Below, piece after piece: positions 62,450-64,000 of a DNA stretch of 64,000 nt (position 1 is the stretch's first letter; each line of letters begins with the position of its first letter). Both the position numbers and the translations under genes were made by a program. The stretch is taken from the NCBI GenBank assembly GCA_964016885.1, contig OZ024746.1, positions 97,836,001-97,900,000 on the forward strand. The letters are read 5' to 3'. The notes below the pieces were generated by a model, which saw nothing but the letters and a program-made list of their open reading frames with translations, was not told the origin of the DNA and did no database searches. The DNA comes from Eledone cirrhosa. Lineage: Eukaryota.

Positions 62450-64000
62450 TTTGTTTATTGAAAAAAAACAACAAACATTTAATAACCAGAAATGACCAGA
62501 AATACATATAGTAATCTATTCGACATTACTATGGGCTCTAGTGATTCTCCCCAAATTACCGATCTTGTGGGCCTCTTTCTTCTATTTAACATAAATGCTT
62601 CTTTTCCCCACCTTAAAGGTGGTTTATATCGTGATGATTGTCTTCATCTTTCCACTAACCTTAGCCTATCAGAAATTGAAAAAACTAAAAAACTTATTAG
62701 AACTTTCCTCAAAGACTCACTATTACATTTGAAAACACCAGTAAAGTAGTTAATTTCCATGATATAACTTTAGACTTATCTACGGGTATCTACCAACCTT
62801 ACCATAAACATAACCAAAACTTACATTACATACACTCACAATCCAATCACCCTAAATCTATCCTTAAAAACCTGGCATATAATATCTCACTCAGAATTTC
62901 TAACCTTTCATCTAACCAGGATGTATTTGATAAAAATGCGACCTTTTATAACAAAGTTTAGCTAGAAGCGGCCAGAAAAACAAATTAGTATATATACCTT
63001 GTACCAATAATACTACAAATATACAACCCAATATTACCAACAAACACCAAATGAAAAATACACACCTAAATGCCACTCACACTATACCCCAAAATACCAA
63101 CTTAAAACTTAATTTATCTACCTCTTCTCACATAAAATATAATGACTTTCAAAAAACCATTCATCCTAATACTCCAATATATGTTAATAACATTACTAAT
63201 AAAATTCCTAATAATCAGACTAAAACACCTAAATCAATGAATCTAACTAAACATATGTATAATAAATTCACTAATACTAATTCTCTTAGTAAACATCAGG
63301 ATACTCATCATCATCATCATTTCATTTTACATCCGCTTTTCCCTGCTTGCAAGGGTGGGACGGGAACTGATTCTGGCTTGATTTCTACAGCTGGATGCCC
63401 TTCCTAACACCAACCTCATTTACAGTGAGTGCTGGGTGCTTTTTTGCCGTGGCACCTCCCCGACCACTTTGCAGTGGAATGATAGGGACCCCAGTCCCTA
63501 TCATCTCATTTCTACAGCTGAGTAAACTGGAGCAATGTGAAATAAAGTGTTTTGCTCAAGGAAACAACACATCACCCGGTCTGAGAATTGAACTCACAAC
63601 ATTTTGATTGCAAAGCCGATGCTCTAACCACTAAGCCATGTGCCTCCTTTACTATGTATAAAAATAAAAAACAGCATCGAAACCGTAATAGACGAGTTAC
63701 TTGGTATAATGCTCCATTTAATCTACAAATTAAAGATAATATCCCTAAAAAATTTTTTACTATCCTAGAAAAAATCTTCCCGCCAAACCATAAATACCAT
63801 CAAATTTTAAATAGATCAACGGTCAAATTCTCCTACTCCACTACCAAAAATATACAACAAAATATAAGTGCCTACAATGAATATAAATGTAAAAAAAACA
63901 TGAATATACCACCAACACATCAAACTAACCATAATACTAAAATAAACCGCAGCAAACCACCATTTCCTTCACATGCAACAAGTCGAGTAAATTCCACACC
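62450..64000 (+). pseudogene. Decayed PLE (Naiad-like) RT-thumb-linker, interrupted by a SINE, running off the window
   Basis: FDITMGS, GGLYRDD; then frameshifted VNFHDITLDL...YIHSQSNHP; after the SINE, RNRRVTWYNAPF...FPPNHKYHQILNRSTVKFSYS. Confidence 0.8.
63305..63647 (-). mobile_element. SINE family B, full length
   Basis: Reverse complement of 18593-18960. Confidence 0.88.

Overview
AT-rich, gene-poor eukaryotic (animal) DNA, roughly a quarter of it (TA)n-type microsatellite. The repeat complement suggests a mollusc, probably an octopus; this is inference only. I could not support any host protein-coding gene. Most ORFs in the track are microsatellite artefacts. The real coding remnants are all retroelement-derived: one 5'-truncated but uninterrupted Penelope-like element (PLE) RT+GIY-YIG ORF, further PLE fragments, and CRE-type and RTE-type LINE fragments. 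There are also many tRNA-derived SINEs and DNA-transposon MITEs. The main unexplained structure is a dense population of type I hammerhead ribozyme (HHR) motifs: more than 20 copies in about 8 sequence families. They sit in PLE 3' ends and in non-coding elements inserted as head-to-head fold-backs into (TA)n tracts. The most striking is a near-identical 310-bp tandem array (9275-11873) with one HHR per unit. Its inverted arm starts exactly at the predicted self-cleavage site, consistent with a PLE-mobilised retrozyme or circular RNA. Two other families carry a compensatory U3-A8 catalytic core. All RNA folds were derived by eye; none was computed or tested.
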